Positions 1 through 10,185 of a DNA stretch of 48,949 bases are shown in pieces. The notes beneath the pieces are model-generated. The model had not been told where the DNA came from. It worked only from the letters and a program-made list of their open reading frames with translations, and ran no database searches. Position numbers and translations under genes: made by a program. The DNA is from Chloroflexota bacterium. GTDB taxonomy: Bacteria; Chloroflexota; Chloroflexia; QHBQ01. The stretch lies in assembly GCA_043754535.1 (NCBI GenBank), contig JAYUUN010000040.1, positions 1-48,949 on the forward strand, given 5' to 3'. The first letter of the stretch is position 1, and the number at the start of each line of letters is the position of its first letter.

Positions 1-3000
1 TGGGGCGGAACAGGCCGTTCGCGCCGTTAACGATGTTGCGGCAAGCCAGGAACTGGATGTCGCCGTAGAAGATGTTGGTGGTCGGCACGTCGCTGAAGGT
101 GATCGAGCAGGGCGTGGCCGTCACAGTCGCGGTTGTGGTGCTGGTGGCAGTTACTGTCGGGGTGGCGCAGGCCGCCGCTATCTGACCGCGAATCTCGCCG
201 CCAGGGTAGTTGCTGCTGTGGATATTGAAGTACAGCCCGCCGGTTTGCAGGGCAGCAATCTGGGTCGGGGTCATGGTGCCGGTGCCAGTGAAGGCGTTGG
301 TGCCACTAACCGCATTGAGCGGGAAGATGACCGGACCAGCAGTGCCAGCCGCGCCCTGGTGGATGTGGGCAAAGAGGACAGTGGTGGTAATGCCAATGTA
401 GCTGAGGTTGGCTGTGAATGCGCCAGTTGCCGGGTTGAGCAGGACGGTGCCACTGCCGATTGCCAGCGAGGTATTCGGTGGGGTTTCCTGCGCGCCATTG
501 AGGGTAGCCGCGAAGTTGGTGGTCGAGCAGGGGGTGGCAGTAGCAGTTGGCGTGCCAGTAACGGTGGCAGTGGCGGTGATCGTGGCGGTTGGCGTGCCAG
601 TGACGGTAGCGGTGGCGGTGATCGTGCCAGTCGGGGTCACTGTTGGGGTTAGTACGGCCTGAATGGCAAGGCGGGCTACCTGCGGCTCATGGTCGCTGGC
701 CTGGTCGAAGAACTCCGAGTTGGCATGGACAACATCCAACTGGGGCTGACCGTTGGTGTAGAGGCTGGGGCTAACCAGAATCTGGTCGAGTACCTGCGCG
801 TTACCCTGGAACTCGTAGCTATAGCGTTCGTTCTGGGCCAGCAGGTCGAACAGGTTGACCAGTTCGGGCGTGCTGTCGCCACCGAGCTTGAGGACGTTGA
901 CCGTGTTGGAGAACTCAAAGTCGTTGATGTCGCCGAGGACGACGACCCTGGCGTTCGCGTCGAAGTTGAGGATTTGGCGCACGAAGCCGTTGACGATGGT
1001 AGCCTGCTGCTGGCGTTGCACTTCAGAGATGCGCACCGGTGGCTGGAAGCGGCCAAACACGCCGTTGTCGCCACCCTTCGAGTTGAAGTGGTTGACGATA
1101 AAGAACAAACGCTGGCCGTTGTAGCTGAACTCAGCAGTCAACGGCTTGCGGCTGCTAGTCCAGGCCACGTTGAGCGGGTCGATGCGCCCAGGGCTGAACT
1201 GCAACTGCGGGCCACCCGCGCCGTTAACGACCGTGTTGCTGATCGTCGAGCCGCCGCCGGGCCGCGAGTTGAAGCTGAGGCCGCGATCCGTGCGATAGAG
1301 GATGCCCTGGCGGATGTTGCCGCCCGGCTGACCGCCGTCCTGCCCATCTACCGGGTCGATCTGGGTGTAGGTGTAGTTGACCGTTGCGCTGATGCTGCTG
1401 ATGCTGTTAATCAGCAAGGCGTAGGTCTGGCTAGCATCAACCACACCGTTGTTGATCGCCCCGTTGTTGTCCTGGATTTCTTCAACCGCGATGATGTCGG
1501 GAGCCTTCAGGTTGTTGACGATCAGGTTGGAGAGACCCAGCACCTTAGTGATCGTGTCGCCGGGGTTGAGGTTCTCCAGGTTGAAGGTAGCCGCCGTCAG
1601 CTTGTTGCTCGGCTGGTCGGAGACGAGAGCGGTCACTTCACGGGTCAGCGGGTTGCTGGCAACCACTGGCTGGCTAGTCACTTGCAGCTTGAAGTTGACG
1701 AAGTTGTAGTCCAGCACGCCAGTGATCACGCCGCTGAAGGTCGCACTGACGTTGACGTTTGGCAGGCGGCCACCACCACTGGCACTAAGTACCAGGTCGT
1801 TGAGGATGATCCGCTCTGGGTTGAAGTCGTCGGTGGGGTTAGTGCTGGTTACGTAGCTAGCGGTAGCGGTAATTTCGATGCCGCCGCGCACGGTGCGGGT
1901 GCCAGTGGCGTAGCTGCCGTTGTCGGTCAGCACAGGGATTTCGCTGTTGGTGTTGAAGTCGTTGGTGGGGCCAACTGCAACCGTGTTGTTGACCCGCACG
2001 AGCATACCTTCCATGCTCTCGTAGAAGTCAATACCGTCTTGGGTGGGATCGAAGGTGTTGCTACCATTCTCCACGTCACCGTTCGTGTCGTTCTCGATCA
2101 CATTGGTGGGGGGAATGCGCCCGCCAGTACCGATGGTGATCGGGGTGGGTAGGGGGTTGCCGCTGGACAGCACTGTGATCACCCGCCCTGGGTTGTCGAT
2201 CTGGGTGGTCGTCAGGTTGTCGGGGTAACTGACCGCGCTAGCGCGGAACTCCTTGACCGTGCCGCTGAAGACGATGCTATCGCCCACTAGAACGGTCGGC
2301 GCACTGCTGGTGAAGATGAAGATTGCCTCTGAGGTTGCGTCGTTCAGGTCCGCAGTCGGGTCCTGCACATAGAAGCCGTTGGTCTTCTTGGCGGTGACAA
2401 TGCCGGGGATGTTGCTGACGACCGTGCCGCTGTAGGGCGAGAGGTGGCTGGCACCCTGGATGTCATGGATGCGGGTCGCAGGGCCAGGGGGGGTGCTGGT
2501 CACAGTGGGGGTGATCGTCGCGCTGGCGGTGGCCGTCGGGCTGCCGATGGTGGCCGTCGCGCTGGCAGTGTTGGTCGGGCCACCAGGGGTGTTGGTGTTG
2601 GTGGCCGTCGGCGGAGTGCCGCAGGGGTTGAGCGGGCTGCTGCTGTTGCGCGGCGCGGGCTGGCTCACCGAGAAGTCAATTGAGTTCCGGTCGCTGTCGG
2701 TGCAGCCATTGCCTGCCCGCAGGTCGGCAGTGGTGTTACTGGGCGCAGCAGCTGCAGCCACCCCCTCGAAGTTGTTGGCCGCGCCATAGCCCACGAAGTC
2801 GATGATCGTCAGCAGAGCAGTGCCACTGGGGAAGCAGTCGTTAGCCACGCTGCCACAGGCAAGGGTGGTAGTCCCGCCGACCAGGGCGACTTTGCCGTTA
2901 TTGTTGCTCAGGGCGAGCGTGCCAGTGTAATCTGGGGTTGGCAGTAGTGCGCCAATAGCAGCGTTACTGTTTAGCTTGATCAGGTAGTATTGGCCTGGGG

Positions 3001-3346
3001 CGATGCTGCCCGTCAGCGTGTTGACGTTGGTGGTAGTGAAGGCACTAGCGGCACTGGCATACTGGAGCGAGTACGCACTGAGGTTGATCGTTGCTGCACT
3101 GAGGTTGAGCAGTTCAACGTAGTCGTTCTGATAGGCTGCGCCAGTGTTGCCGCCGCCGCCATACACCTGGCTGATCGTGACGCTGGTGCTGACTGCTGGC
3201 TGGCTGATCGCCTTTGCAGGCTGCTGGGCAGTGAGGGTGCTGCCAGTGGCTGCCAGTGCGCTAATGCTGCTGAGCGTGATGGTGAGGACGATCACGAGGC
3301 TAAGACCAATCCACATGGGGCTACGCCGCTTGTTGCTGCTGATCAA
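1..3346 (-). CDS. Secreted, SLH-anchored extracellular nuclease: signal peptide, lamin-tail domain, OB fold, endonuclease/exonuclease/phosphatase domain, CHRD domain, SLH (3' end outside window)
   Basis: Missing from the ORF track because it runs off the edge; translated by hand. TTG at 3346 after GAAAGGGA. Motifs: VTISQVYGGGGNTGAAYQNDYVELLN (LTD); IHDIQGASHLSPY..GFYVQD (OB); TFNLENL, EEIQD, NHFNSKGGD, VLGDIND, LDQIL, SDHEP (EEP); AHIHQG..LYFNIHSSNYPGGEIRGQI (CHRD); FSDVPTTNIFYGDIQFLACRNIVNG (SLH). The frame is the same at both ends. Confidence 0.92.
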   Translation of the reverse strand, partial: MISSNKRRSPMWIGLSLVIVLTITLSSISALAATGSTLTAQQPAKAISQPAVSTSVTISQVYGGGGNTGAAYQNDYVELLNLSAATINLSAYSLQYASAASAFTTTNVNTLTGSIAPGQYYLIKLNSNAAIGALLPTPDYTGTLALSNNNGKVALVGGTTTLACGSVANDCFPSGTALLTIIDFVGYGAANNFEGVAAAAAPSNTTADLRAGNGCTDSDRNSIDFSVSQPAPRNSSSPLNPCGTPPTATNTNTPGGPTNTASATATIGSPTATASATITPTVTSTPPGPATRIHDIQGASHLSPYSGTVVSNIPGIVTAKKTNGFYVQDPTADLNDATSEAIFIFTSSAPTVLVGDSIVFSGTVKEFRASAVSYPDNLTTTQIDNPGRVITVLSSGNPLPTPITIGTGGRIPPTNVIENDTNGDVENGSNTFDPTQDGIDFYESMEGMLVRVNNTVAVGPTNDFNTNSEIPVLTDNGSYATGTRTVRGGIEITATASYVTSTNPTDDFNPERIILNDLVLSASGGGRLPNVNVSATFSGVITGVLDYNFVNFKLQVTSQPVVASNPLTREVTALVSDQPSNKLTAATFNLENLNPGDTITKVLGLSNLIVNNLKAPDIIAVEEIQDNNGAINNGVVDASQTYALLINSISSISATVNYTYTQIDPVDGQDGGQPGGNIRQGILYRTDRGLSFNSRPGGGSTISNTVVNGAGGPQLQFSPGRIDPLNVAWTSSRKPLTAEFSYNGQRLFFIVNHFNSKGGDNGVFGRFQPPVRISEVQRQQQATIVNGFVRQILNFDANARVVVLGDINDFEFSNTVNVLKLGGDSTPELVNLFDLLAQNERYSYEFQGNAQVLDQILVSPSLYTNGQPQLDVVHANSEFFDQASDHEPQVARLAIQAVLTPTVTPTGTITATATVTGTPTATITATATVTGTPTATATPCSTTNFAATLNGAQETPPNTSLAIGSGTVLLNPATGAFTANLSYIGITTTVLFAHIHQGAAGTAGPVIFPLNAVSGTNAFTGTGTMTPTQIAALQTGGLYFNIHSSNYPGGEIRGQIAAACATPTVTATSTTTATVTATPCSITFSDVPTTNIFYGDIQFLACRNIVNGANGLFRP
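549..630 (-). repeat. 42-bp imperfect tandem repeat encoding a Thr/Ala/Pro linker (TITATATVTGTPTA x2)
   Basis: GGCGTGCCAGT recurs at 549 and 591 with similar flanks; lies between the EEP and CHRD domains. Confidence 0.75.
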
Positions 3347-3596
3347 ATCTGTTCCCTTTCTCTAATACTACTTTCTTGCTGCCGAGGTAAATCACTCTAT
3401 AAGGCTTGCAGGTGGCAAACCCTAACGATTATATCAACCTTTCTTTAACGCAATGTAAACGGTGACAGTGCAAATCTTGCGATATTGGCGGAAACGCTAT
3501 TGCTATTTGTGCCGATGGCCGCTCACAGTTCTACAAGGCAGATGTAAAGGAGTGGGTACGAAGCAGGTGAGTTATAGACAGGAGCGCGTAAAAGGG

Positions 3597-4480
3597 ATGG
3601 TTGCACAGAGGAGATTTGTTGGCCTGATCGTAAGTTTGTTGGCTGTCCTGCTGGTTGTGCTACCTGGCGTGGCTGCCCCCCTGGGCGATCCACCACCAGC
3701 CCAGCAGTTGAGCGAGCCGCCACAGCAGTGGTGTGATGGTGTACACGCTGCACCGTCTACCTGTACTATCGTGAAGGGACCAGCATCCGCCTGGCCCTGA
3801 GCAAGGACGGCTTGAACTTCAGCCCCCAGCCGGGCAGCCCGATCCTTGCCAATGGCACCAGTAAGCAGTAAGATGCGGCGCAGGTTTACGGGATGTTTAT
3901 TCGCCGCAACGAGGCGGGTGGTTACACCATGTACTACAATGGCATCCCAGAGTTGGGCGGCAACTATGGCATGATCGGCATCACTGATGGCCCCGACCTG
4001 ACTCACTTCACTCCACGCAGCGACAACCCGGCGATTACCATCGGCGATACGCCTGCCAACTTCGCCACCGCCAACCCAGTAAAGCAGACGATCAGCCTCA
4101 GTTGGCACCAGGTGGTCACCGATGCAACCAATTATACGCTCAAGTACGGGGTGCAGAGTGGGGTCTACACTGCAACGGTGGACGTAACTGGGCTGGGCAG
4201 CTATACCCTACGCCCACCTGGGCCTGCTGACTACTACCTGACAGTGACAGCCAGCAGGGATGGGGTGGAGAGCTATCCCGCCGAGGAGCGACACGTGCGC
4301 CTGGTTGCTGCCAGCCCCGCCTTGACCCAGCCTGCTACACTTGTTGGAGGACTACGAGCTAACGGGCTTGTTCACCACCAGCCCCTTCGCCAGCAGCCTG
4401 CGCCGCCTGCTCTACGCCGCACAGCCAACCCCAGCAGCCAGCGGGGCAAGCGGCAACTAAACCTCAAGGAGACAGGGTAG
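3597..4480 (+). pseudogene. Disrupted secreted beta-propeller glycosidase-like protein with a fibronectin-III-like domain
   Basis: Signal-peptide ORF starts at ATG 3597. Frame switches near 3745 to VYLYYREGTSIRLALSKDGLNF..PIL, then an in-frame TAA at 3869-3871, then DAAQVYGMFI..YTMYYNG..IGITDGPDLTHF..DNPAI and an FnIII-like ISLSW..YTLKYG..YYLTVTA..GVES. Confidence 0.65.
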
Positions 4481-5968
4481 ATGCAGGCCAAGACGACAGC
4501 GGTAACGGTGGGCGAAGAAGGGCAAAGCAACGACCACCAGCGCAAATGGATCATTCTAGCAACGGTTGCCCTCGGTACCTTCATGGGGACGCTGGACAGC
4601 AGCATCGTCAACATCGCGCTGCCGACTATCCGCCACCAACTGAATGCGGGCGACTCGGTGCAATGGGTGGTACAAGTCTACTTGCTGACGATCACCAGCA
4701 CCTTGCTGATCATGGGTAGGCTGTCCGACCTGCTGGGACGGCGGCGGGTATACGTTGGTGGGTTCGCCCTCTTTACGGTCGCCTCGCTACTCTGCGGCTT
4801 CGCCTGGGACTTGTGGTCGCTGGTCGCCTTCCGTCTGCTGCAAGGGCTGGGCAGCGCGATGATCTTCGCAATTGGCCCGGCCATCATCGCCGACACCTTC
4901 ACGCCACGAGAGCGGGGTCAAGCCCTCGGCTGGGTGGGGACAGTGGTGGCGGCGGGTAGCTCGGCTGGGCCGGTGATCGGCGGTCTCCTGCTTGGTAGCT
5001 TCGGTTGGCCCGCTATCTTCTTCGTCAACGTGCCGGTGGGCATCTTCGCGGTCTGGAGGGCCTGGAAGATCATCCCGGAGGGGGGGACGCACCGTAGCCG
5101 CCGCTTCGACGCGACAGGGGCGGTCTTGTTTGCGCTGGGGGTGATCTGCCTGCTGCTGGCCCTCGACTTCGGTTCGCAGCGGGGCTGGGGCAGCAGCCTG
5201 GTGATCGGTCTGTTTGTTGGTGCGGCGGTGCTGCTCGGCAGCTTCTTTGCCTGGGAGGGGCGGGTGCGCGAGCCGATGCTGAACCTCAGTCTGTTCCGCA
5301 TCTGGCCTTACACGGCGGCTCTGGCAGCAGTGGGCCTCAGCTTCACCGCCAGTGCCGCCAACCTGTTCGTGCTGCCGTTCTACCTGCAAACCATCCTCGG
5401 CTACCCACCAGAGCAGGCAGGCTTCATCCTGCTAGCCGGGCCACTCGCCCTCTTGGTAGTATCGCCGCTCGGTGGACGGCTGGCCGACCGCTTCGGCGCA
5501 CGCTGGGTCGCCAGTGGTGGGTCGATCCTGGTCGCCATCGGCTACTTCCTGCTCGCTGGCCTACAAGCAAGCTGGGTCTGGCAGGATGTAGTCTGGCGGC
5601 TGGTTCTCTTGAGCGTCGGCTTCGGCCTGTTCCAGTCGCCCAACAATGCCTCGGCCCTCAACGCTGCGCCAGTTGCCGAACGTGGCATCGCCAGCAGCAT
5701 GATCCCCTTCATGCGTAACTTCGGCCTCGTGCTAGGCATAGCGGTAGGGGCAGCAGTCTGGTACAGCCAGCGGGCTGTCTACGCCAGTAGCCACGCTCTG
5801 CGCCCAGAGGATACTGCCGCGCAGATTGCAGGGCTGCAAATTGTCTACTATATGCTGACTGGCTTGCTGCTGCTCTCGGCTAGCATCAGCCTCTCACGCG
5901 GCAAGCTGCCCATGCAGGAGGAGCCACCGCTCGCAGTGGAGGGCCAGCCCGCCAGCTTCAGCCACTTA
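4481..5968 (+). CDS. MFS drug:H+ antiporter, DHA2 (EmrB/QacA) family
   Basis: LDSSIVNIALPTI, GRLSDLLGRRR, GPVIGG..WPAIFFVNVPVG; about 14 TM segments; AAGGAG RBS. End given at the in-frame TTA (5966-5968); the standard-code end is 6049, overlapping the ALDH gene by 81 bp. Confidence 0.9.
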
Positions 5969-8371
5969 CTACTCGCCGTAAGGTACCCAAATGTTCTTCA
6001 CCTGGGTCGCTTCGCGCAGGAACTCCTGGCCTTCAGCGTGGCTAGATAGCCAGTCGGTGGCCCGGCCCAGGCTTGTCCAGGTACGCTTCATGTTACCAAC
6101 GCTGGCTAGCTCCACCTGCTTGCTGCCCGCAGCGGTGCCAAAGTACCAAACGCCATCCACATCGTCATGCTCGGCCAGCACCTTCGCCAGCGGCTCGCGT
6201 GGGCCAGTCACAATGTTGACCACCCCAGCGGGCAGGTCGGAGGTGTCGAACACCTGGTAGAGGTCGGTGGCAGAGAGCGGGTGCAGCGGCGAAGGAACGA
6301 CCACCACCGTGTTGCCCATCGCAATTGCGGGGGCGACCAGGGAAACGAAGCCCAGTAGCGGCGCGTCGTCGGGACAAAGGATACCCAGCACCCCGACTGG
6401 CTCATTCATCGCCAGGGTGACATTGCGCGAGGGGGTGGAGTGTACGAGGCCGTCGTACTTGTCGGCCCAGGCTGCGTAGGTGAACAGGCGCGAGATTGCT
6501 GCCTCCACCTCTGCTACGCCGTCGCCGCCAGTCTGCTGGGCGAGGCGGGCAGCAAACTCGGCAGCGCGGACGGCTAGGTTCTCAGCGATGTAGTAGAGTA
6601 CCTGCGCCTTGTTGTGGCCGTAGGCCATTGCCCAGCCCTCAGCTGCGTGGGCCGCCTCAACCGCATTGCGGATGTCCTTGCGGTTGCCTTCGCCCACCAG
6701 CCCAATCTCGCGCCTCCCCGCCCCATAGATCGGCATTGAGTAGCCGCTATCGGGTCGGGCCTGCTTACCACCGATGTACATCTTCGGGGTGCGGTCGATC
6801 ACCGGCAAGGCTGAACGGCCACGCTCTGCTACCCTGCTCCCCCCCACGAGGTCAGCGGGAGAAGCGGGAGACTCGGCAAGGGCTGCTGGCTCTGCGCCAT
6901 TGTCCCGCAGCTTGAGGTACTCCCACAGCCCCTCCTTGCCGCCTTCACGCCCGTAGCCACTCTCACGGTAGCCGCCAAAGCCGCTGGCTGCGTCAAACTG
7001 GTTGGTGCAATTGACCCAGACGGTGCCAGCCTTGATCTGGCGGGCGATGTCCAGCGCGAGGTTGAGGTTGTCGCTCCAGACGCTGGCGGCCAGGCCGTAG
7101 CTGGTGTTGTTCGCCAGGGCGACCGCCTCGGCTGGGGTGCGGAAGCTCATGCTGACCAGCACCGGGCCGAAAATCTCGGTCTGCGCTATCATCGAGGCGG
7201 GCGACACGTCGGTTAGTAGCGTCGGCGGGTAGAAGCTGCCTTCAGTGGGACACGACCAGGAGGGCTGCCACAAGGTCGCGCCCGCAGCCACACCCTGCTG
7301 CACCAGCGCATCGATCTGCTCAAGCTGGCTGGGTGAGACTATCGCGCCAATATCCATTGCCTTGTCGAGCGGCTGACCGACCCGCAGCTTCTCCATGCGG
7401 GCGCGCAGCTTCGCCAGCAGCTTCTGCTCAACGCTCTCCTGCACCAGCAGCCGCGACCCCGCGCAGCAGACCTGCCCCTGGTTGAACCAGATCGCGTCCA
7501 CCACCCCCTCCACCACACTGTCCAGGTCGGCATCGGCGAAGACGACGAAGGGCGACTTACCGCCCAGTTCGAGCGACAGCCGCTTGCCAGTGCCAGCCGT
7601 CTGCTGCCGTAGGGTACGGCCCACCTCGGTCGAGCCAGTGAAGGCGATCTTGGCAACGTCGGGGTGTGCGACGATAGCTGCGCCCGCTGAACCAGCATCG
7701 CCAGTAATGATGTTGACCACGCCAGCAGGCAGGCCCACCTCGCGGCAAATCTCGGCGAAGGCCAGGGCGGTCAGTGGGGTGTAGCGGGCGGGCTTCAGCA
7801 CAACAGTATTGCCCATCGCCAGGGCGGGCGCGATCTTCCAGGCCATCATCATCAGCGGGAAGTTCCAGGGGATGATCTGCCCAACCACGCCGAGCGGGGC
7901 GTAGTCGCGCAGTTCGCTCTCCATCAATTGCGCCCAGCCCGCATAGTAATAGAAGTGGCGGGCAACCAGCGGCACATCAATGTCTCGCGTTTCGCGGATC
8001 GTCTTGCCGTTGTCCAGCGACTCTAGCACGGCTAGCAGGCGCGAGTGCTTCTGTATCTGGCGAGCCAGGGCGTACATCCAGCGGGCGCGGGCGTGGCCCG
8101 GCAAACTGCTCCAATCCTTGAAGGCAGCAGCGGCAGCAGCGACCGCTGCATCCACGTCGGCAGGGTTGGCCGCCGCGATCTTCGCCAGTGGCTTGCCGTT
8201 CGCGGGGTTGGTTGTCTCCAGGTACTTGCCACTCTGCGGCTGTACCCACTCGCCACCGTAGAACAACTCGAACTGGCCGCCATGCTCCTTCAGCCATTCC
8301 ATAGCCGGGTTAGCCGCCTCTGGGGCTGGGCCATATGCCATCGTCTCAAAGATTTCTGCCACGCTAGTCAT
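5969..8371 (-). CDS. Aldehyde dehydrogenase, ALDH16-like (full ALDH plus a second partial Rossmann-type domain)
   Basis: IIPWNFPL, AFTGSTEVG, LELGGKSP, GQVCCAGSRL (catalytic Cys), EIFGPV, then a repeated N-terminal-like domain; 800 aa; downstream of deoC. Confidence 0.93.
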   Translation of the reverse strand: MTSVAEIFETMAYGPAPEAANPAMEWLKEHGGQFELFYGGEWVQPQSGKYLETTNPANGKPLAKIAAANPADVDAAVAAAAAAFKDWSSLPGHARARWMYALARQIQKHSRLLAVLESLDNGKTIRETRDIDVPLVARHFYYYAGWAQLMESELRDYAPLGVVGQIIPWNFPLMMMAWKIAPALAMGNTVVLKPARYTPLTALAFAEICREVGLPAGVVNIITGDAGSAGAAIVAHPDVAKIAFTGSTEVGRTLRQQTAGTGKRLSLELGGKSPFVVFADADLDSVVEGVVDAIWFNQGQVCCAGSRLLVQESVEQKLLAKLRARMEKLRVGQPLDKAMDIGAIVSPSQLEQIDALVQQGVAAGATLWQPSWSCPTEGSFYPPTLLTDVSPASMIAQTEIFGPVLVSMSFRTPAEAVALANNTSYGLAASVWSDNLNLALDIARQIKAGTVWVNCTNQFDAASGFGGYRESGYGREGGKEGLWEYLKLRDNGAEPAALAESPASPADLVGGSRVAERGRSALPVIDRTPKMYIGGKQARPDSGYSMPIYGAGRREIGLVGEGNRKDIRNAVEAAHAAEGWAMAYGHNKAQVLYYIAENLAVRAAEFAARLAQQTGGDGVAEVEAAISRLFTYAAWADKYDGLVHSTPSRNVTLAMNEPVGVLGILCPDDAPLLGFVSLVAPAIAMGNTVVVVPSPLHPLSATDLYQVFDTSDLPAGVVNIVTGPREPLAKVLAEHDDVDGVWYFGTAAGSKQVELASVGNMKRTWTSLGRATDWLSSHAEGQEFLREATQVKNIWVPYGE

Positions 8372-8434
8372 GTCACATATCCTTCTTGATGGGCGGCTCC
8401 ACCATCATTGTACGGGGGTTGAGGGAGGGCGTGC

Positions 8435-8653
8435 CTACAGTGCGTCGTCGCCGCTCCAACTGGCCCGGATTTCGGCAAAGAGCCGGGCGTAGCGGGCCAG
8501 CCTTTCCATCGGCTCGTTGAATGCGGTGGACTCCTTCTTGTTGCCCGCCGACTTCATCTCATCGCGCAGGGCGGCTAGCTGCTCGTACGCCTCACCCAGC
8601 TTCGCTTCGACTGCACTCAACTGTTCGGCCCAGCCGGTTGTTTCCTCGTTCAA
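8435..8653 (-). CDS. Small helical hypothetical protein
   Basis: 72-aa ORF, AAGGAG RBS before TTG, amphipathic coiled-coil character, between deoC and ALDH. Confidence 0.7.
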   Translation of the reverse strand: MNEETTGWAEQLSAVEAKLGEAYEQLAALRDEMKSAGNKKESTAFNEPMERLARYARLFAEIRASWSGDDAL

Positions 8654-8686
8654 GTTTGCGCTCCTTTGTTGACCACACCTTGCAGG

Positions 8687-9712
8687 CTAGACCATTGGTT
8701 GGCGGTAGCTGGCAGCGTAGTGGCCGGTGACGAAGTGTTCTAGCTGGCGTTCGATGTCGGTCAGCAGGGACGACGCGCCGATGCGGAACAGGTTAGGGCG
8801 CAACCACCCGTCGCCCAGTTCTTCCTTGATCAAAATCAAAAAGTCCAGGGCTTGCTTGGCGGTACGGATGCCACCTGCTGGCTTGAAGCCAACCCGCATC
8901 CCGCTCAACTCGTGATACTCGCGGATTTGGCGCACCATCACCAGGCTGTTCGCTAGGTTCGCGTTGGTCGTCTCCTTGCCAGTGCTGGTCTTGATGAAGT
9001 CGGAGCCTGCCATCATGCAAACGAGGCTGGCGCGGGCAACGTTGCTCAGGGTAGCGAGTTCGCCCACCGCAATGATCGCCTTCATGTGTGCGTCTGCACA
9101 GGCAGCCCGAAAGTCGCGCACTTCGTCGTAGAGTGCCTGCCAGTTCTCGGTCAGCACGTGGGCGCGGGAGATCACAATATCGATCTCCTGCGCCCCCGCC
9201 GCCACCGAGTCGGCGATCTCTGCCAGCTTGACATGGTGGCTCACCTGCCCCGCTGGGAAGCCGGTGCTGACCGCAGCGACCGGGATCGCTGTCCCTCGCA
9301 AGGCAGCGACCGCAATCGGCACCAGGTTGTTGTAGACGCAGACCGCGCCCACAGTCAGGCCAAGCTGTTGCACGCCCGTTGCTGCCAGGATTTCGGCGCG
9401 CACGGGCTGGCGGGCCTTCGCGCAGAGGCGGCGCACGTTGCTCGGCGTATCGTCACCCGCCAGCGTGGTCAGGTCCATGCAGGTGATCGCCCGCAAGAGC
9501 CAGGCGGCCTGCCACTCCTTCTTGACGGTGCGGCGGGCTGGCAACGAGGTGGCCCTGCGCTCTACCGCGCTGCGGTTGACGTGGGCGGCATTGACCAGAC
9601 CCAGGTCTAGCGGCATCCCCGGATTGCGCTGCTCTACCGCCAGGTCAAGGTGGCTGTTGCTCGCGCTGTCAGTTGCGCCATTGATGGTCGTTCGTGGCAA
9701 AGTAGTTGTCAT
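8687..9712 (-). CDS. deoC: Deoxyribose-phosphate aldolase (long type)
   Basis: DLTTLAGDDT, AVCVY, STGFPAGQ, EIDIVI, DFIKTSTGKE, GFKPAGGIRT, FRIGASSLL. Confidence 0.96.
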   Translation of the reverse strand: MTTTLPRTTINGATDSASNSHLDLAVEQRNPGMPLDLGLVNAAHVNRSAVERRATSLPARRTVKKEWQAAWLLRAITCMDLTTLAGDDTPSNVRRLCAKARQPVRAEILAATGVQQLGLTVGAVCVYNNLVPIAVAALRGTAIPVAAVSTGFPAGQVSHHVKLAEIADSVAAGAQEIDIVISRAHVLTENWQALYDEVRDFRAACADAHMKAIIAVGELATLSNVARASLVCMMAGSDFIKTSTGKETTNANLANSLVMVRQIREYHELSGMRVGFKPAGGIRTAKQALDFLILIKEELGDGWLRPNLFRIGASSLLTDIERQLEHFVTGHYAASYRQPMV

Positions 9713-9768
9713 AGTTACCCCTCATTCGGCCCTGATTGCTGCTCATGTGGCACTGCTCACTAACCAAC

Positions 9769-9797
9769 ATTTTGACCAATACGGGCGGCTTTGTCAA
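9769..9797 (-). promoter_or_regulatory. Sigma70-type promoter for the deoC operon
   Basis: Minus-strand TTGACA (9797-9792), 17 nt, CAAAAT (9774-9769). Confidence 0.55.
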
Positions 9798-9849
9798 GCC
9801 CGCTTTGGTACGGTATAATATGAGGAAAGGCAAGCAGCAGCAACCAAAA

Positions 9850-10185
9850 ATGCTAACTTCAGCCAGCAAAGGAGTACCCGCTATCGCCAGCACCCAGCCA
9901 GCCAGTCGCAGATGTGAGCAGATCGAAGCCGCAGCCCTGCGCTTGCCCACCGACGAGCAGCGCAGCCTCATGCACAAGCTGATCGACAGTGCTGCTAGCT
10001 GGGCTAACTCCGCCAGCAACCTGGTTGAGCAAGCAGTGTGGCTGACTATTGACGACCTGGGAGACGCGATGCAGTGCGCCTCGGCCAACGCAGTGGGGGT
10101 AAAGATTATTGTTACTGCCGACAAGCGGATCAAGGCTCCAGGCTTTATCACGGCTACACCAGCCAAGTTCCTTACTATGCTATGA
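9850..10185 (+). pseudogene. Fused remnant of an addiction-module antitoxin and a PIN (VapC-like) toxin C-terminus
   Basis: EQIEAAALRLPTDEQRSLMHKLIDS resembles addiction-module antitoxins. DLGDAMQCASANAVGVKIIVTADKR..ATPAKFL resembles a PIN C-terminal half, but the N-terminal DTN motif is missing. TATAAT at 9814-9819; the stop overlaps the SNF2 start (ATGA). Confidence 0.5.

Noticed and set aside
689..2152. 487-aa plus-strand ORF, and other long antisense ORFs such as 25147-27117, 39264-40694 and 34696-35640
   Set aside because: Mirror-frame shadows of real genes on the opposite strand with no recognisable motifs. Absence of TTA in the real genes removes antisense TAA stops and lengthens such shadows.
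3869..3871. Readthrough or recoding of the in-frame TAA
   Set aside because: TAA ends dnaK, iscS, SNF2 and others normally, and this gene has further lesions, so decay is the simpler explanation.
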